Assembly: GCA_951406725.2 (NCBI GenBank)
Contig: OX597821.1
Coordinates: 52,886,001-52,950,000, forward strand
Source: Octopus vulgaris
Lineage: Eukaryota
Length of the DNA: 64,000 nt
Direction: 5' to 3'
Of the stretch, positions 41,487 through 57,600 are shown one piece after another. The first letter of the stretch is position 1. Each line of letters begins with the position of its first letter. The notes under the pieces were generated by a model that saw only the letters and a list, made by a program, of their open reading frames with translations, was not told the DNA's origin and did not search any database. A program made the position numbers and the translations under genes.

Positions 41487-42000
41487 TTTATATGATTATA
41501 TGAATTGGGGTGATAATCTTCTTACTTCTTTGTTCGAAGACTACCAATGCTACATATCGGTGCAGATTTATGCTAAACATCACAAAAATATGTTGGGCAA
41601 AACAGCTAATAGAAATGTAAAGTCTTACACTGCTTAAAAGCAGAGATACCGAACTATAGTTGCTTGGATGCTGGGCTTAACATTCATAACGTCATAAGAC
41701 CTATTCCTACACAGGATGGCATGTTGTACCTTTCAGTAAAGCCCTTCATTTCGCCTTGCTTTAGCTCCCTCTCAACATACGAGTAGCACTGGTAGTAACA
41801 GTAGCTGCAGCAGCTGCAGGTTAACCTTGATGCAGACTGGCATGCAGCACAAGAGTCCTCTATATTCAGTTGCTTAGAGATGCTGGAGTATGCACCTAAT
41901 CAGTCAACCTGTATGCTTTCCATGCATGCATATATAATGCACACACATGCACATACACACACATGCACATACACACACATGCACATACACACACACACAC

Positions 42001-42051
<51 letters not shown>

Positions 42052-42737
42052 AGGAAAGCGACGACGGAGAAAGAGAGAGGAGGAAAATAGCGGCATTTAT
42101 AAAACAGGAAATGACAAACAATATTATTTGTAATTAGAATGTTAAGCTTAAATAAAATTCACGTACAAGTGGAATAAGAAAACAACAACACTAGTCATTT
42201 AGTCAACTCTTTTACTTCTGTCAGACAACCAGCCCAAATAACTTTCGATGAGAAAATACCTTTCTAATTTAATATTCAGGAGAAGCTGGTCGATATCTGC
42301 ATATAAAGTTTATATATGTTCAGTAAAACTGATTATATAAATAGAATGGTAAGTGTTACTACTTCGTATTTCGAAAAGTCTGCAATGCCACAAGCTGGCT
42401 TTTGCTGATACGACATCTGAAATATTGGCCTAAAGGAACTTATAACAGTGTAAAGTTTTCAGTTGCTACAAACAACACATAATGAATTTTACATTTAGTA
42501 TTCTTACAGTACATCAACAAATTCCCCCACGTCCCACGCGCATGCACACATGCGCATACACATCTACTTTGGATGAAACAAAATATCTGCCTTGGAGAGA
42601 TTCAAACTCAACGTAGTACAGTTATGTTATTATATGCTAAGAGCTTTCCTACTATGGTAAATAGAAATTCCACAAATTGGAAAAACCCTGCAAATCGATA
42701 AAAGGATAAATTCTATTGAACTCATTATATATACGTA

Positions 42738-43132
42738 CTAGCAGTATCGACCGGCGTTGCTCGGGCTTGTAAGGGAAATAACTATATAAGCATTTTAGAG
42801 AGTTATAGCCAAAAAATAGCAAAAAAATACATTAAAAATGGAAAAAAAATGATGGTAGTTTTTTTTTAAATCGTTGACTCATCGTAGACATTTTTAGAGA
42901 GTTACTTCCCTTATATAATAGCGAAAAAATGCATTAAAATGGAAACAAATGATCGTAATTTTTTTTAAAATCGTAGACTCATCGTAGACGCACGCTAATA
43001 CCTAGAAGGGCTCGATATGAATCACGACTATAAGATACCCGAATTTGGTTAAACTGCACCACAAAATGTGGGAGTAGTTAGGAATCTAAATCGTAGGAGA
43101 CAGACACACAACCTCTCTTTTATATATAAAGA
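42738..43132 (-). mobile_element. Non-autonomous Helitron
   Basis: Minus strand: A^TCTTTATATATAAAAG ... hairpin CCCGAGCAACGCCGG ... CTAG^T, inserted between A and T; internal tandem duplication of about 100 bp. Confidence 0.8.
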
Positions 43133-46100
43133 TATACGTGCGCGCGCACACACACAAATACACACGCATACACATATATAATGATCAAGATGGTATGAAA
43201 CTCCAATTCGAAACTGCTGTTAGAAATATGGAAAATGAAGGACGGAAATGAAAATCCTTTTATTGACGGCGTCGTACTATCACTTACAAATCTTTTCCGA
43301 CGTTTGGTTGCCGTTGACTCAGTTACTAACAAGTTAATTTATAGTGGATGTATGGAGACTATCACGTGATGGTGGCACATTAATACAACGAGAAATCGAA
43401 AGCAATTATCAGGAAATAGTCATTAATGCTTTCCTTTGTAACCGTAGACAGTAATTTATAAAATATAACAAATGTAATATTCTACATAGTGTAATTAATT
43501 GAGGTTATCTTTAATGTTCTAGAATAAGTTGGAATTTAAAAAGAAATATTTATTTTATTATTACGAATACACACACACAAGCACAATATATTTGTGTGTG
43601 TGTGATATTAGTTTTACATTTTATATTTTTATTCTTGGTCTGCTGCGATTGCTTAAATTTCTCGTGTGATATCATAAGTTAAAATAAAAACTAAACTTAT
43701 TGAGTTCCCATCAAGCCTCAACTGATCGAGCAGTTGTCGTTTGATCTCATGTCAATCATTGTGTGTTGATCTACGGCCATTGGCTTTGGGCCTCTGAACA
43801 TCAAGTGGTTTCTTTTAATTGTGTTGTTTCATGGAGGAAATATTGCGCCCATTGTCATCGAGGTGCCTCGAAAGCCAGTGAGATAGATGCCGTTGATAGA
43901 TGCCACTTTAAGCGTTGCAAGTAGGATACTTCAGGAACGATATGTGTAGGGAGGAAATTGCAGTGGCTAGGCATCGTTGAAATTATGGACAATAATAATG
44001 GAGAATGAAGTGACAAGGGTTTAGAAACAATATGAGTGATATGAGGACGAAAGAGAAGGACTATCCAATAAAGCAAATAATTAGAGACATAATTGTATTA
44101 ATGATTTTCCTCAATATTGATGTCCTGCTTAACCCGAAAGCAGCCCCAATCAGCGAGAACTATGATAAAATATTATAAGCCGATTGTTATCATATCAAAT
44201 TGTTTTATATGACTAATGTGTTTAACATTACATTATTAAATAAGTTCAGTCCTTTTCATGATTAAAGTATATAATTTCTAGAAGATTCAATGGACATTCA
44301 AGTACTTCCTTGTTTTACGTGACTTTAATTGATATTGATTTATTATACTTGAGATCAAATTGCTCGTTAATGACAGGAAATCTACTATCGATTGGCATGA
44401 CCTTGTGAACTCTAGCCGTCAAAATTTTACAGAAAATTTAATTCGGATTACTGGCTCACAATGTTAAACTATGTCTTAGATTTTTGCGTTTATAAGGAAA
44501 GCCGATGTAAAATTCAATGAAAGTTTTCTAATTCCTGGCAACGGTTTTTATGGTTACATTTGTTTATGTTGATAATGCATTTGTTCGTTATTCTGACAGG
44601 AAATATTTCTTAAGAAAATTATTATCTTCAGAAAGTTATGGCTTTACAAATCTCCACTAACAGTTGAAATTTGTCAGTTTTCACACAAAAAATGTTGTCT
44701 AATATCCAAAACCATTCATCTATAAAGCTAGTTGGATTTTTGCATATCTGAAAACAGCATCGTGCGTTAGCACAAATGTTTAACTTCATTTATCTTCAGA
44801 AAACATCGTTTGTTTATCGTTTAGAATAAAACCTAACAGAGACACTTAAGATACACTATACAAGCTCCTTAGTGACATTTAGCAGCGACCATTCTATAGC
44901 AAGAATTCAGCCCACATCCCCGGTTTCAGGATTCCTTTCCTTCTCCCACCACCGGCCCTAAAGCCACACAAAGAGTCATGGACTCTACCCTTCTTTTTCA
45001 CCATAATATTAAAGTGAATTCTCAAATATCATACATGAACAACTTTTATAATTATCGAAATTCAATATTTTCTAGGTTTTCGGCTGGATATGGTCCTTAA
45101 TTTCTGTATTTTCTCCGCCAGCGGCATATGATTAAGCTATCGAGGAAAGACTGTTGGTAAATATGCAGACAATGGTGTGCGTGTTGGGCTATTTCTGAAA
45201 TCGATTTTCTTTGGGTGTCTGGTATTACAGTCTCTTGTTGACCAAACTTTGTGGGGGTAATCGGATGTTGTATGGAATTCCATCGGTGTTTCTCCCACAC
45301 ACGCACACGCATAAGGGCACACACAAATACATATAAGACATGATTGTGTTACTCTACCATTGTGTGTAAATGTCGTTCCAAATTGTCTCCCTCTATATCA
45401 AATATGTAATTCACGTATTTCAGAAACAGAGATTGCTAGAATAAGTACCTAATTGAATACGGGTAGTACGACCGACTAAATTACTTTGAAATTGATGTCC
45501 CAGCACGGACACATTCCACACAATGACTGATAGTGGTAAATTTATAAAAATAAAAAAAAACAGTAGTGTTTATTTTGTGTCTATGTGCTATTATGTAGTA
45601 TTTCATTTATAAAAGAGAATCGTGTAACATAGTTTTGAGCAATATATTACTGAGTTAAGATTAGATAATTGTTCTCATTGTTGCCCACGACAGAGTGAAC
45701 TTGAAAGCCTGATAAAATGCTAAATAGACTACGTTGACTGCAGATAAAATATGTAAACAGCTTCCAAAATATATCTATCTATCACAGTGATATTTAAAAA
45801 GAAAAATGAAGCTAATGTATATGTCTGATAAAAACTCGAAACAGCGAATTCTAATGAAATTCTCAATGTATAAAAAAAGAATTTACATATTTCTCGCAAA
45901 AATTCATATAGAGTAATAAGTATACCATAAATCAAAAACTCGTCTGTAACTACAAGTATAGAACAATCTAGTGTAATCTGTTGCGCTCTACGAATTGAAT
46001 AATATGATATCATGATAGCAGTACGTCGCGTGATATGTGATATCATTGGTGCTTTCTATGCTTCAACAATAAAGGATATCATAAACGTCATATTGTGTCT

Positions 46101-46471
46101 ACAATTGGATGTGAGATTTGTTATGTGCTTACCATATATTATTTGTCACGGGAACATAAAATGCAGTTTTTCATAATTATAAAGTGCATGTTTCTAGAAC
46201 AATTATCAAGTGTTTTCAGCACAAAGATAGCAGATAAGAGCACGTAATTTATGCATTTAGAGAACGCGAAGAAAGTACTGTCACCAACCGATTGATTGAC
46301 TAATTGACAAAACGTGTCATCAAAGAATTTCTAAATTAAGCGCTGAATTAGTTAAATGGTGATTAAATAAAAAAAAAATATAAAATACACCCAATATGTG
46401 TCTGATTCTTTCATAAAATTATACTCCAGAAGTACTATACATACATACATACATACATACATATACATATG

Positions 46472-46732
46472 TGTAAGCTCAGGGGGTGGGGGCAAACCCT
46501 GTTGTATTCTTTCCCCACAACTTTCTCTCACCCATCCTTCTGTTTCTATTGTACCAGTATTTCAAAGGCTCAACCGTGTCACATTCTGTGCTACGCTGAA
46601 TCTCCCTTAGAACTACGTTATGTGTACCCGGGTATGTAGAGTGCTCAGCCACTTGCACGTTAAGTTCACGAGCAGGCTCTTCTGTTGATTGAACCAACAG
46701 GAGCCCTCGTCGTCGTAACCGACGGAGTACCA

Positions 46733-46734
<2 letters not shown>
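46472..46734 (+). mobile_element. SINE family A 3' part (tail type 2)
   Basis: Matches 58750-59010 (..TCGTCGTCGTAACCGACGGAGT). Confidence 0.8.
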
Positions 46735-46803
<69 letters not shown>

Positions 46804-47061
46804 TATATATATTACACACATATAAGAGGGATGACCACTAAGTGGACACCCATAATGCTAGAAGTAGACCCCCTATGGACTTACCTCTAAGAAAGGATTG
46901 TTCTCAAGATAATTTAGCATACCTCTTATATGTATGCAATATAATTTTTCTGAATCTTTAGATTTTTCAGATCACTGGTTTTAAATTGATAAATCAAATT
47001 CATATTCAATTTTTCATCTTTATTATTTTAAATATATATATATATATATCCACAAGCATAT

Positions 47062-47476
47062 AACTCTCTTTTACTCTTTTACTTGTTTCAGTCATTTGAC
47101 TGCGGCCATGCTGGAGCACCGCCTTTAGTCGAGCAAATCGACCCCGGGACATATTCTTTGTAAGCCCAGTACTTACTCTATCGGTCTCTTTTGCCGAACC
47201 GCTAAGTGACGGGGACGTAAACACACCAGCATCGGTTGTCAAGCGATGCTACTGGGACAAATACAGACACACAAACATATACACACACATACATATATAC
47301 ATATATATACATATATACGACAGGCTTCTTTCAGTTTCTGTCTACCAAATCCACTCACAAGGCATTGGTCGGCCCGGGGCTATAGCAGAAGACACTTGCC
47401 CAAGATGCCACGCAGTGGGATTGAACCCGGAACCATGTGGTTGGTTAGCAAGCTACTTACCACACAGCCACTGCTG
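47062..47476 (-). mobile_element. SINE family B, well preserved
   Basis: Minus-strand head GTGGCTGTGTGGTAAGTAGCTTGC..GGTTCCGGGTTCAATCCC with box A/B-like motifs; GAGTAAAA-repeat tail. Confidence 0.9.
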
Positions 47477-48035
47477 CTGAACATTTTATGTAAGTTTCTT
47501 TTTATATGGGTGAGTTTGTAAGTGTAGCAATAGCCATTGTCTTCTGCAAAATATCTTTGTTATTAGTGACTGATGTATTCAAACTTTCGACCCTCTCACA
47601 TTAATTATGCCATAGTTTCAGTAAAGCAATTTTCAAACTTTTTTTAGCCGTATTCTATATTGCCCAATCTCCAGCGGTGTAAGTGTTATAGATTGATGTT
47701 TATTTCTATAACAAGACAATCAATTGAATACAACTGCTCGTATAGATATTGCTTTAAGCAAACTTTTATGCTTCAATGTAAACTCATGAAACTAGAATGC
47801 AATATATAAATTCCTACATACAGACATATACTTACACATAATATCTTGAACGCACATACTTGGACTTGCTTACTCAAAGATAAGAAACTCACTGATATAT
47901 ATATATATATATATACGCACAAAAAGTGACGTATTTATTTCATGTACATAGTTATTTGTTCATCTATTTTATATATAACTATGTATATTCGTATGTATGC
48001 ATATACGTATTTATGTGTATATGCATGTATATATA

Positions 48036-48088
<53 letters not shown>

Positions 48089-48754
48089 ATGCATTATAGA
48101 AAATTTGCAAGTAGATGAAAAATTCCGAAAACAGAAAATACATACAATCGTCCATTGAGTAAATAATAGGAATGGTGTTATAATATCTATCTACAGTTCT
48201 ATAACACACACACACATGCTTACAAACACACATATAGGCACATAAACACTAACATACACATACACATTAGTAGGTTGCAAACACTCTAATAATGTTTACT
48301 GTGTCCATATATACGTAGATGTACGTCTATATTTTGAATGTATATTCATGCACACATACACAAACGTATACACATATACATACATTTATGTGTGTTTTTT
48401 GTGTGACTGTACTTGTGTATTTATGCATGTCTGCACAAGTCCATGCCAAATGAACACCCACACATATAGACACGCACCGACACATAAGTTTGTATAACTT
48501 ACATTAAAATATTTTTATGTTGTTGGGTGTCAAAGAATGAAATAAATATGAACTTACTTCTGTGTGCTAAATTATGTATGTATGTATGTATGCATGCATG
48601 TTTTTATGCATGCATGTATGAGAGTGTCTGTGCCTAAAATAGTATGATTGGTAGCAAATTCAACGTTCATTGAGAAATGAATTTAGTAGAAGAACTTTAG
48701 AAAAATTTCGAAATGGATATAAAAGAATAACAAGCACCCAAAATGTTAGTTTTA

Positions 48755-49062
48755 AATGTTTCGCACAAAGTCAGCAGTTTCGAGAGAGGGACTAAATAGA
48801 TTACATTGCCCTTAATGTTCAACAGCTGCATATTTCATCGACCCAGAAAGGGTGAACTTTGACCTCGGTGAAATTGGAACTCAGAACGTAAGGACGGACG
48901 AAATATCCTTTCTACCGTAGTCACAACTGGAACTTATTTCATCCACCCCAAAGAGACGATAGGCAAAGTCGACCTCGGCGGAATTTGAACTCAGAATGTA
49001 GAGACAGACGAAATATCGACAAAAAAATTGCCCGGCGTGTTAACTCTTCAGCCAGTTTCCAG
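48755..49062 (-). mobile_element. SINE family C with internal duplication
   Basis: Two successive GACCTCGG(T/C)G(A/G)AATT(G/T)GAACTCAGAA blocks at ~48861 and ~48971. Confidence 0.75.
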
Positions 49063-49379
49063 TCTGAAGGTGCAGAAAATATTAAAGGGTGTTATCTCTC
49101 TCTTAATTATTGACAAAGATTCGTGGGGCACATCAGCATTGAAGTGATACTAGGGACATTTTACAGTAGAATATAATGAGGGTGACTATTGGCAAAACAC
49201 TTTCTCAGTGTGTAACTCTTTGTATACGAATTGACATCCTAATCCTGCATGCTTTGTTCTTTATGTTTATTTGTCTCCCAGTGTAATTTGGCTTTTTTCC
49301 TCTCGAGCTCTCCCTTTTCAGTCTTACATTATTTTATTTCTCAAATCCTTCATCTCTAATATGAGTGTGTGTGTGTGTA

Positions 49380-49411
<32 letters not shown>

Positions 49412-49787
49412 TGTGTGAGTATGCATACGTGCGTGCACGTGCAAGGTCTGAAATTAAGAGAATAGTTTCGAAACCACATGGCTCAGTCACACTGTGCATT
49501 GGCCAACTATTTATCTATGTTAATAAGTGATTTTGGTGCATTTTCAGGACAATCAATTAATCAGATTTACCAAAGTACTTTCGTTGCAGACTTATCAATG
49601 ACACCCTACCTTTATTCTGCATCTGTTTAGATATTAACATACATAGACACATATACACGTGCATACCTACATGTATATATGTATGTGTGTTTTGTGTGTG
49701 TTTTACGTGTGTTCCTCACTACTATAAAAATGTACCTGCCTTACTAACCCTCTCACAGTCCATTTTCTGAAATCAATAAAACAGCAA

Positions 49788-49890
<103 letters not shown>

Positions 49891-50621
49891 ATATATATAC
49901 ATACATATATACATATATATATACATATACATACATACATATACATACATACATATATAATACACACAACCTTATGTATGTAAATACATTGTTATGCATT
50001 TGCCTTCATATTTTACCCTTTATCTACCTTCGCTTCTGTGTCTGTATGTCCAATTTTCAATAAATTTAGTCGATATATCCTTTTACCTCCCGCCCTCCTT
50101 TGTCCCCACCATAATACAAAGAACGAAGACAAAAACACTTTTTCGTTTCTCTTAATTTTTCCCTTTTACAACTTCTTTGTAAATATCCGGTTAAATTTTC
50201 CCTATTACCCCTTTTGTTTTTCCTTCTTGATTTTTATTAATAACTTCTTTAATGTCATTTCCTTCAATTCTTCACGCTGACGAAAATGACAATAGATAAC
50301 TTGAATTATAATTATAATGATTATTATTATTTTTACATAATTTTAATTTCCTTCTAATCGTTCGTATGTGCTTATTAAATCAAATTTTGATTTTTTAACA
50401 TCTCTTCTCCATTTCTATAACTGTCTATGGTATTTTTATACCTATGACGAACTTTTTCAATTTGCTATTTTCATATTCTTATTGCTTGCACTGTCAGGAT
50501 ATTTCTGAATATGATGAATTTTTATTAGAAATTATTTTCTCTCTTTTTGGACTCCTCCAAAAGTTTGAATTGCTGTACTTGAACTTATCTTTTTATCATA
50601 TATATATATATATATATATAT

Positions 50622-51060
50622 AAGTACCGATACCTTACAAGAAATAACAAAAGCTCCAGATAAATATATATTATAAATTAATAAATAAATTAGAATAAAA
50701 TAGTTTAATTATTTTTACTCATGATTAGAATAGAATTTACTACTTGACTATTCTTATAATATACGCGTTGGATGTCGTGAGGGGATTAAAAATTGACTTT
50801 TCTTGGATCTATACGTGCAAATATTTGTATGTAGACGAGACGTCTGAACCTGCTTTGACGGTAGGTACCGTTGTTTGGACTTGTATATCACTCGTGTATT
50901 GTGTTGACGAAGGAAGAAAGCTTATTTTTTCCTTTAATCCAGAAATTGAAACCAATTCACAATTAACGTGAAGTCATTTTAATTTCTCTTCACTAGCTCG
51001 CTTTCAGCCATGTGCATATTTGTGTGGAGGTTTTGGTAGTTTTTTAAGGTATCGGCACTT
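50622..51060 (+). mobile_element. Penelope-like non-autonomous fragment with ~45-bp inverted repeats and a decayed hammerhead (50898-50963)
   Basis: AAGTACCGATACCTTA.. versus the reverse complement of ..TAAGGTATCGGCACTT; motif ATTGTG-TTGACGA-AGGAA..TTCCT..-GAAA-TTG AAAC CAA-TT-CACAAT. Confidence 0.5.
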
Positions 51061-51226
51061 CATGTATGCCGGAGATAGATCGTTTTCGCCCTTGCTCCCT
51101 TAATATAATTATATCCATATGTACATTGTTATTAATTTGATGTATTAACTGCCTATAAATTTTTATAGCAAGCTGACTGCCTGAAAAAATCATTAACGTG
51201 ATTTTTATCCTTATAATCTATTATGA

Positions 51227-51346
<120 letters not shown>

Positions 51347-53139
51347 GTTTTGATAAGACTCACTGTCTGAAACATTGACATTATCCACAATCAACATCTC
51401 TCTTTCCGTCTCCTCAATCACCATGTCCTCCCACCCTTTCTCTTCTCCATTATCTTATCTCTGACGTTCATCGTCTTCCTCATAAATCTCCACCTCTGTC
51501 TCTACCAAATCATAATTTCTCTTTTTGTTTTCTCCCTGCCTGTCTTTCGACTCAATATTTGTCTCTTTTCAGTTTCTCTATTCGAAATCCATTATTGAAG
51601 ACTTCTTATATCAATAGTTTTAGTGAATTCCCTAGCGTATATTTGCATGCTTTGTTGTTTGTATGCAGTGTCTGTTTATATGCTGATATATACTTCGGTA
51701 TGTCTTAATCTGTATGTATTTGTATATGTATGTGTATGTGGGTATCTGTGTGTTAGAGAGTGAGAGAAAGAGAGATAGAAACAGATAGAGAGAAAGAAAG
51801 GTGAGTTTATCAGTAAACTTGTTCATAGTGTCTCTGAAACACGTCTCTGTCAGTCTCTTTTCCTCCTCTCTCTCCCTTCTTCTTCTTCCCTCCTGTCCTC
51901 TCTGTCTTCCTCCATCTTTCCCCCCCCCCTTCTTTTTGTATAACTTTGAGCATACAGATGTAAAAAGGTCTCATTAAAATGTATTTATTTTTAATTATTT
52001 CCCGGATATTAAATTCACATTTGTAACACTTTATAAAACGTTTTCCCAATCTTGAAGACCTAAACCACTTCTACAAATATCAACATTTGATAATGCAATA
52101 CTTTCTTTAATGAATGATATTCGTTAGGCATCTAACTATTGTTGCATTTACTAGTAAAGAGGTTGTTTTTAAAAGCTAGTTTCTTTTACATTCTGTCATT
52201 AAAACACACTCAATATTTTTTAGCGGACGATATATTAAAAAAGAAGAAAATTGTTTGTATCATATAACATCAACCAACGATTGGAAACTTGGTTTAACAT
52301 TACACTTTTCTTATTAAAAAGAATTTTATTTAAAGGGGAAATGCGCACAGATGAAATTTGCTGCAACATTGCCTGGATTCGACTTCGAACACACTGCGTG
52401 TCAAGTGTTACCTATCTAAACTTGGGTTGCTCTATGTCTCGTCAATGGAATTTGGCAGACGGATACCATGAGGAAACCTTAGAGGGAACGTTTTAGTTAT
52501 TTCTGGTCGATTTAATCCATTCTCTTTATTAACGTTTCAATTTCACCCAATAGCGTCTTTGAAGAAGGTTTTCTTCCTGGCTAATCATTACAAAGACTTG
52601 TTTTTAAAAAAAATAGCTACCACTGACTTTTACTAATATTAATATCGCTTTTCATATCCGTCTTTTGTGTTCGAAGATTTTAAAAATTCTGTAAATATTC
52701 CTTGAATTATAGTATAAGGTTTTATAAAGTGTGTAACTTATATATACGAAATTATGATATAAGGTGACCATGCGGTATATATGTATACTCACATACATAG
52801 ATATATTTACTTATGTTTAATGCGTAACACATAAATCGCAAAACCTTACCAGGTGAAAGAACTACATGTATACCTTCTTTCAATGCTACTGAATTGTAGG
52901 AAAATAGGTGGAAACTGCTGGTCATACCACAGTTTTATTTCCGCTCTTCGGCAGATTTGAATCCATCTTCCTTCCCCAGTCAATGGCAAAGCATATGTAA
53001 ACTAGCATATGTAAACTAGTACACCAATGAATAGCCTAAATTGCATATACTTGCTTTTAAAACTTTATCGTTAAATATTCAATATATTTTTATACGCACA
53101 TAGTGTAAATGAGAATTCGCACTCACATACAGACAGACA

Positions 53140-53223
<84 letters not shown>

Positions 53224-54639
53224 CTCGAATGATGATAGTATAATCTTGTGGATTTATCCACTCATTTTGCATGAGAAGAAAAATTAACATATACAGACTG
53301 TTGTTTCATCATTTAATATAAAAAAAGATCTAAACTTCTATGCTCAATATATTGGTTAAGCCGTAAAATCTAGGCAATATTCAGATATTGAAAGACACTT
53401 CTTTTTTCTCTTACTTCAAAGCTAATTTGTCAATGCTGAGCAAATTTACGAAATAATCTTTTGTAACATTCCAATGAAGTGTCAGATTTTTAAAGAGAAG
53501 AAATAGCAAGTGTGAAGCTAGGGTTCTTCGCAAGAAAATCTCTAAGAAAATTACAAACTACAAATAAGATATAACATCAAAGACACAAACAGATGATAGC
53601 ATCGCAATGTGTCAGCAAAAAGGTTACAGCATAACACTAGAGTAGATTATCTGTCAGCAAATCTAGAAAACAAATATGGCCTTTCAAAATCCCAGATGAT
53701 ATTTCTTAGCAGTGTTAGCGTCTTTATACCTCATAATGTCAAAGAAACCATAAATTTGCATTTATCTCCATGAATCAATTATCCTGTAATAATACTCTGT
53801 CAATACTTGTAGGATCTATCTTTGCACATTCAACAAACGAAGTATTTGAAATTAATAATTGAAAAATTTGAACTAATTATTTCGCTACCAGTAATATCTT
53901 ATGATTACACTAGATAGCATTTTTTTTTAATCACAATTTTTTAAAAATCACATGGTTATTAAATCGATACACTTAATATTTTTTCTATCAGAGTCACAAA
54001 GACAGACATTTGCGCCGGCGGCGATTAGTTAATATTATCAACCTCCAAAACTTGATTGGAACTTTATTCTATCACACATCAAAAAGAGTAAGAAAATATG
54101 ATCTCGGTGAAATTTAAAATTTCTAAGTAAATAGCCAAAACGGATACCGCACGTCAGTTTGCAACAGACTCCCACAATACCGATAATCTATCACCCTTTT
54201 GACCTCACTAATATAAAAATAAAGTTTATCAAAGATAATAACGCGCAATTAATTTATTATTCATGAAACTATCAAAAATATATTACATAACAAAAATTAA
54301 GTTTCTTCTAAAAATTTGTATTATTCTGTTTATTTTAGTTTAGTTCATGCATATTTTCTTTGAGCATAGAGATGATTATATCTAGATGCAAGCTATAGTA
54401 TATTTTCTGGCCCGTTAATTTAACTCATTTATAACCTGATTGTTGATAGCATTTATAAAAATGTATGTTGCTTTAACCGAAACAACGAGGTCGAAGTATA
54501 ATAGCATTTAACATTCTCAGGTCCGAATATGCCGGAACGTATTAAAAATATATATGTAGCAATTGACATTTACGTTTCGGTGAGAATTGGCTCACGCCAT
54601 AACTAATTTAATACCAAGACATTTCTTAAAATAATTATT

Positions 54640-57600
54640 TCTTGGGCACCATAGCCCATTCGAGTACAAGGTTATTGGTTGCAGAGATATATTCGGGTGT
54701 AGATGGTTTATCTGGAATTAACTGGAGATATCCTTCGAAGAACATTTCGAATGTCATGAGATCTCATGTGTCTTATGTTAATGAGAGTTAGGCTAATTGA
54801 TGTAAAACAGTGTTATGATGTGATGAGAGCATGAATTTTGTAGAGGAAGGATGTCACGGGGACCAAGCTTTGGGTGTATTTTGGTATTGGAATATTCTAT
54901 ACACCATATAATCAAGATGTGTCATGTCTATTTCTCTTGTGATCGCTCTGTGGGTTGCGTCAAATTTTATATCTCGTTTCGTGTAGGGAAACCACAGTGG
55001 GGAACAGCATTCAAGGTGATGACGGGTGGAGGTGAAGAGAAGGGTAGTGCTATGAACGTCTCTAGACTAATTAGTTCTGAGAATCTAGGAGCACGACCTG
55101 TGGGCTCCTCGACTTTGTTGTTTATGTTGGCATTCCAGCTGAAGTTGTCAACAGTTACTTCGAGGCCTCTAACGGTGTTTGGTGCCACGGGGTTTTCACC
55201 CAAGGGAAGAGGGTATGGTAGCTTAAGTGCAGCCTCTTCGCTAAAGTGGATTAATTTGAAATTATTCTCGGTTAGCTGCATATTGTGTTTTTCCGCCTAT
55301 CAGATATCAGCGAGCAGATCCGATTGGCGATTAATCCGGTCTCCAGCCCTGTCAACAACCTTCAGAATCTAAGTCATCCGCGAAAATTCTAATTCTACTT
55401 GATGTGTTTGATGACGTCAACGATGTCATTGATGTATATAATGGAAAGAATTGAGTTCCGTTCAGTGTCTGGTGGGACTCAACTGATGACTCTTACCGAG
55501 CTTGATGTAACACTATTACCGCATGCTTGTTTCTGTTCGCCAGAAAACATTCAATCCATTTAAATAGTTTTCCTTGGACCCCAGTGCTGGATAGTTTATT
55601 TAATAAAATGCTGTGGTCAACCTAGCTGAATGCCTTGCTGAAGTCAAGATAGATGACATCTGTATTGGCGCTCTCTCTCTTTCAGATCCTTAGGATGCTA
55701 TCAAAAATGATTGCAGAAAACATGCTAGTTGGGAATGGATAGGCTGTTACCTTTCAGGATGTGAGTTACTCGAGATCTCACTACTCTCTCAACTAATTTG
55801 ATGATAAGAGAAGTGAGGTCGGTCGGCAATTCACTACAAGTGATTTCACATAGGACAGTGGCCCTTTGCGAAAACCGGGACAATCAACTGGGATAGGAAA
55901 TTGTCGGAAATATAATCAGCGTCTAATGATTTAATCCAGAGAATACCTAAAGAGAATGCCACTTGATGTCGGCACTTCTTCAAAGCTCTAGCAGGGAACC
56001 TGTCGGGCCTACAGCTGAGTTTGTAATTTTTTTTATAGCCGCTTTGATATCCTGGACGCCAAATGATATATCGCACAGTGTGTGCTGGGGGTTTGTTTCA
56101 CCAATGCTGTCAGATTTAACCATGATGGGATTCCTGAAAGTGAAGCAACATTTCTTCTGTAGTGTCTCAACTATGGCTTCTGCATCATTATGCAAAGTGT
56201 AGTCTTCGTCTATCAGAGGTCTGACAAAGAACGCAGTGACCTTATGCTTTTGACGAACGAGAAGAACAGTTTGAGGCTGACTTATTTTCTCTATGGCCCA
56301 CTTTTCTTCTGCTGTACTTTGACTATCGATAGTAGTCTTCGTGCAGTTTTGAGGATGTTTTTTTGATCCCAGTAAAGCTATATCTGTCAAGTACGGGTGT
56401 TGCAGCTGACAATACTTTATCTGGTTGACACTTAAACCGATTATTTTTCTTATAAGTTCTCTCCTCTTATCTGGGAGCCTGTGTTTAGTTTTACTTATGC
56501 ACCATAATGGAGTGTGGTGTGAAAATATATTCATGACAACATCCACAAATAACTGTCAGGGTCTATTGATGCGGCTTGATGTGTGAAAGGAAGGGAAAGT
56601 CCAATCAATAGGTGAAAGATCGTGGTTGCTTGCCTTCCAGTTAGCATTGTGTGCCTCCATGAGATGTGCTGGAGCAAGATCGTTACTTTTAGTTGTCGGA
56701 ATCTCAAATTACTGAGAGCCATACCATGGCTGGAAAAGAGTTTTTCTTTCCCTGTAATATTACGGATGGTGTTAGTATGGATACTAAACGCTATTTAATA
56801 TATTTTTGTTGAAGCCCGTTGACACGAGCACCAACTGGGACAGGAACAATTCGTTCATGAATTAGAAAAGGGATTTCACCTGTGATTTCATACCTGACTT
56901 CAAGGTATAAGTAGATCAGTCAACATAGGGGAATTTAAAGTCATTCTTATTAAAACATCATAAGAATGGTACATTTGAATCAGAGTAACATTCTTTGAAA
57001 CATAAATGTGGTTCAATATTTGCTAAATAATAAGTTTTATTATACACAGGCAGTGATTCACGATGGCCACTGGAGAATGAGACATTGGTATCTGAAGTAA
57101 ATGTGTAAGGAAAATAGCTGCTCCTCCCTTCTTATGGTGGTATGATTCTTCTCTTTTACTTCAACTTCCAAGTGAGAGTTATTAAGATGGGTATCAGTAA
57201 GAACGAAAAAGGGAATGTGATAAATGTGGTCGAGAGCCTAATCTTCAATGAACTGAACCATCCATCTTTTTGAATTGAAGGATAGACTGACGCCTGGTGC
57301 TTTCAGCAAAATGTTGAGAATGGAGTAGTGCTCGAAAGAGATTGATGGCTTAGTGGCAGCGAGGAGAGTTTTTTCTGCACTGGAATAGGGATTGGTGCTG
57401 TGTGAGAGCCTAGATACATTTCTGAATCTCTTTTGCTATGTTCTGTACGACTGAAAAATAATTTACCTAGTTAGAGAGAATTCGGTGGCTGAAGTTGTAG
57501 TTATGTAGTTACACTGACAGTCTTGCCGGCAGTTCGCTTTGTTAGTGTTGCAATTAAATGTTCTCAAGTTAGACGGGCTGATGGAAAAATTCGCGCTAGG

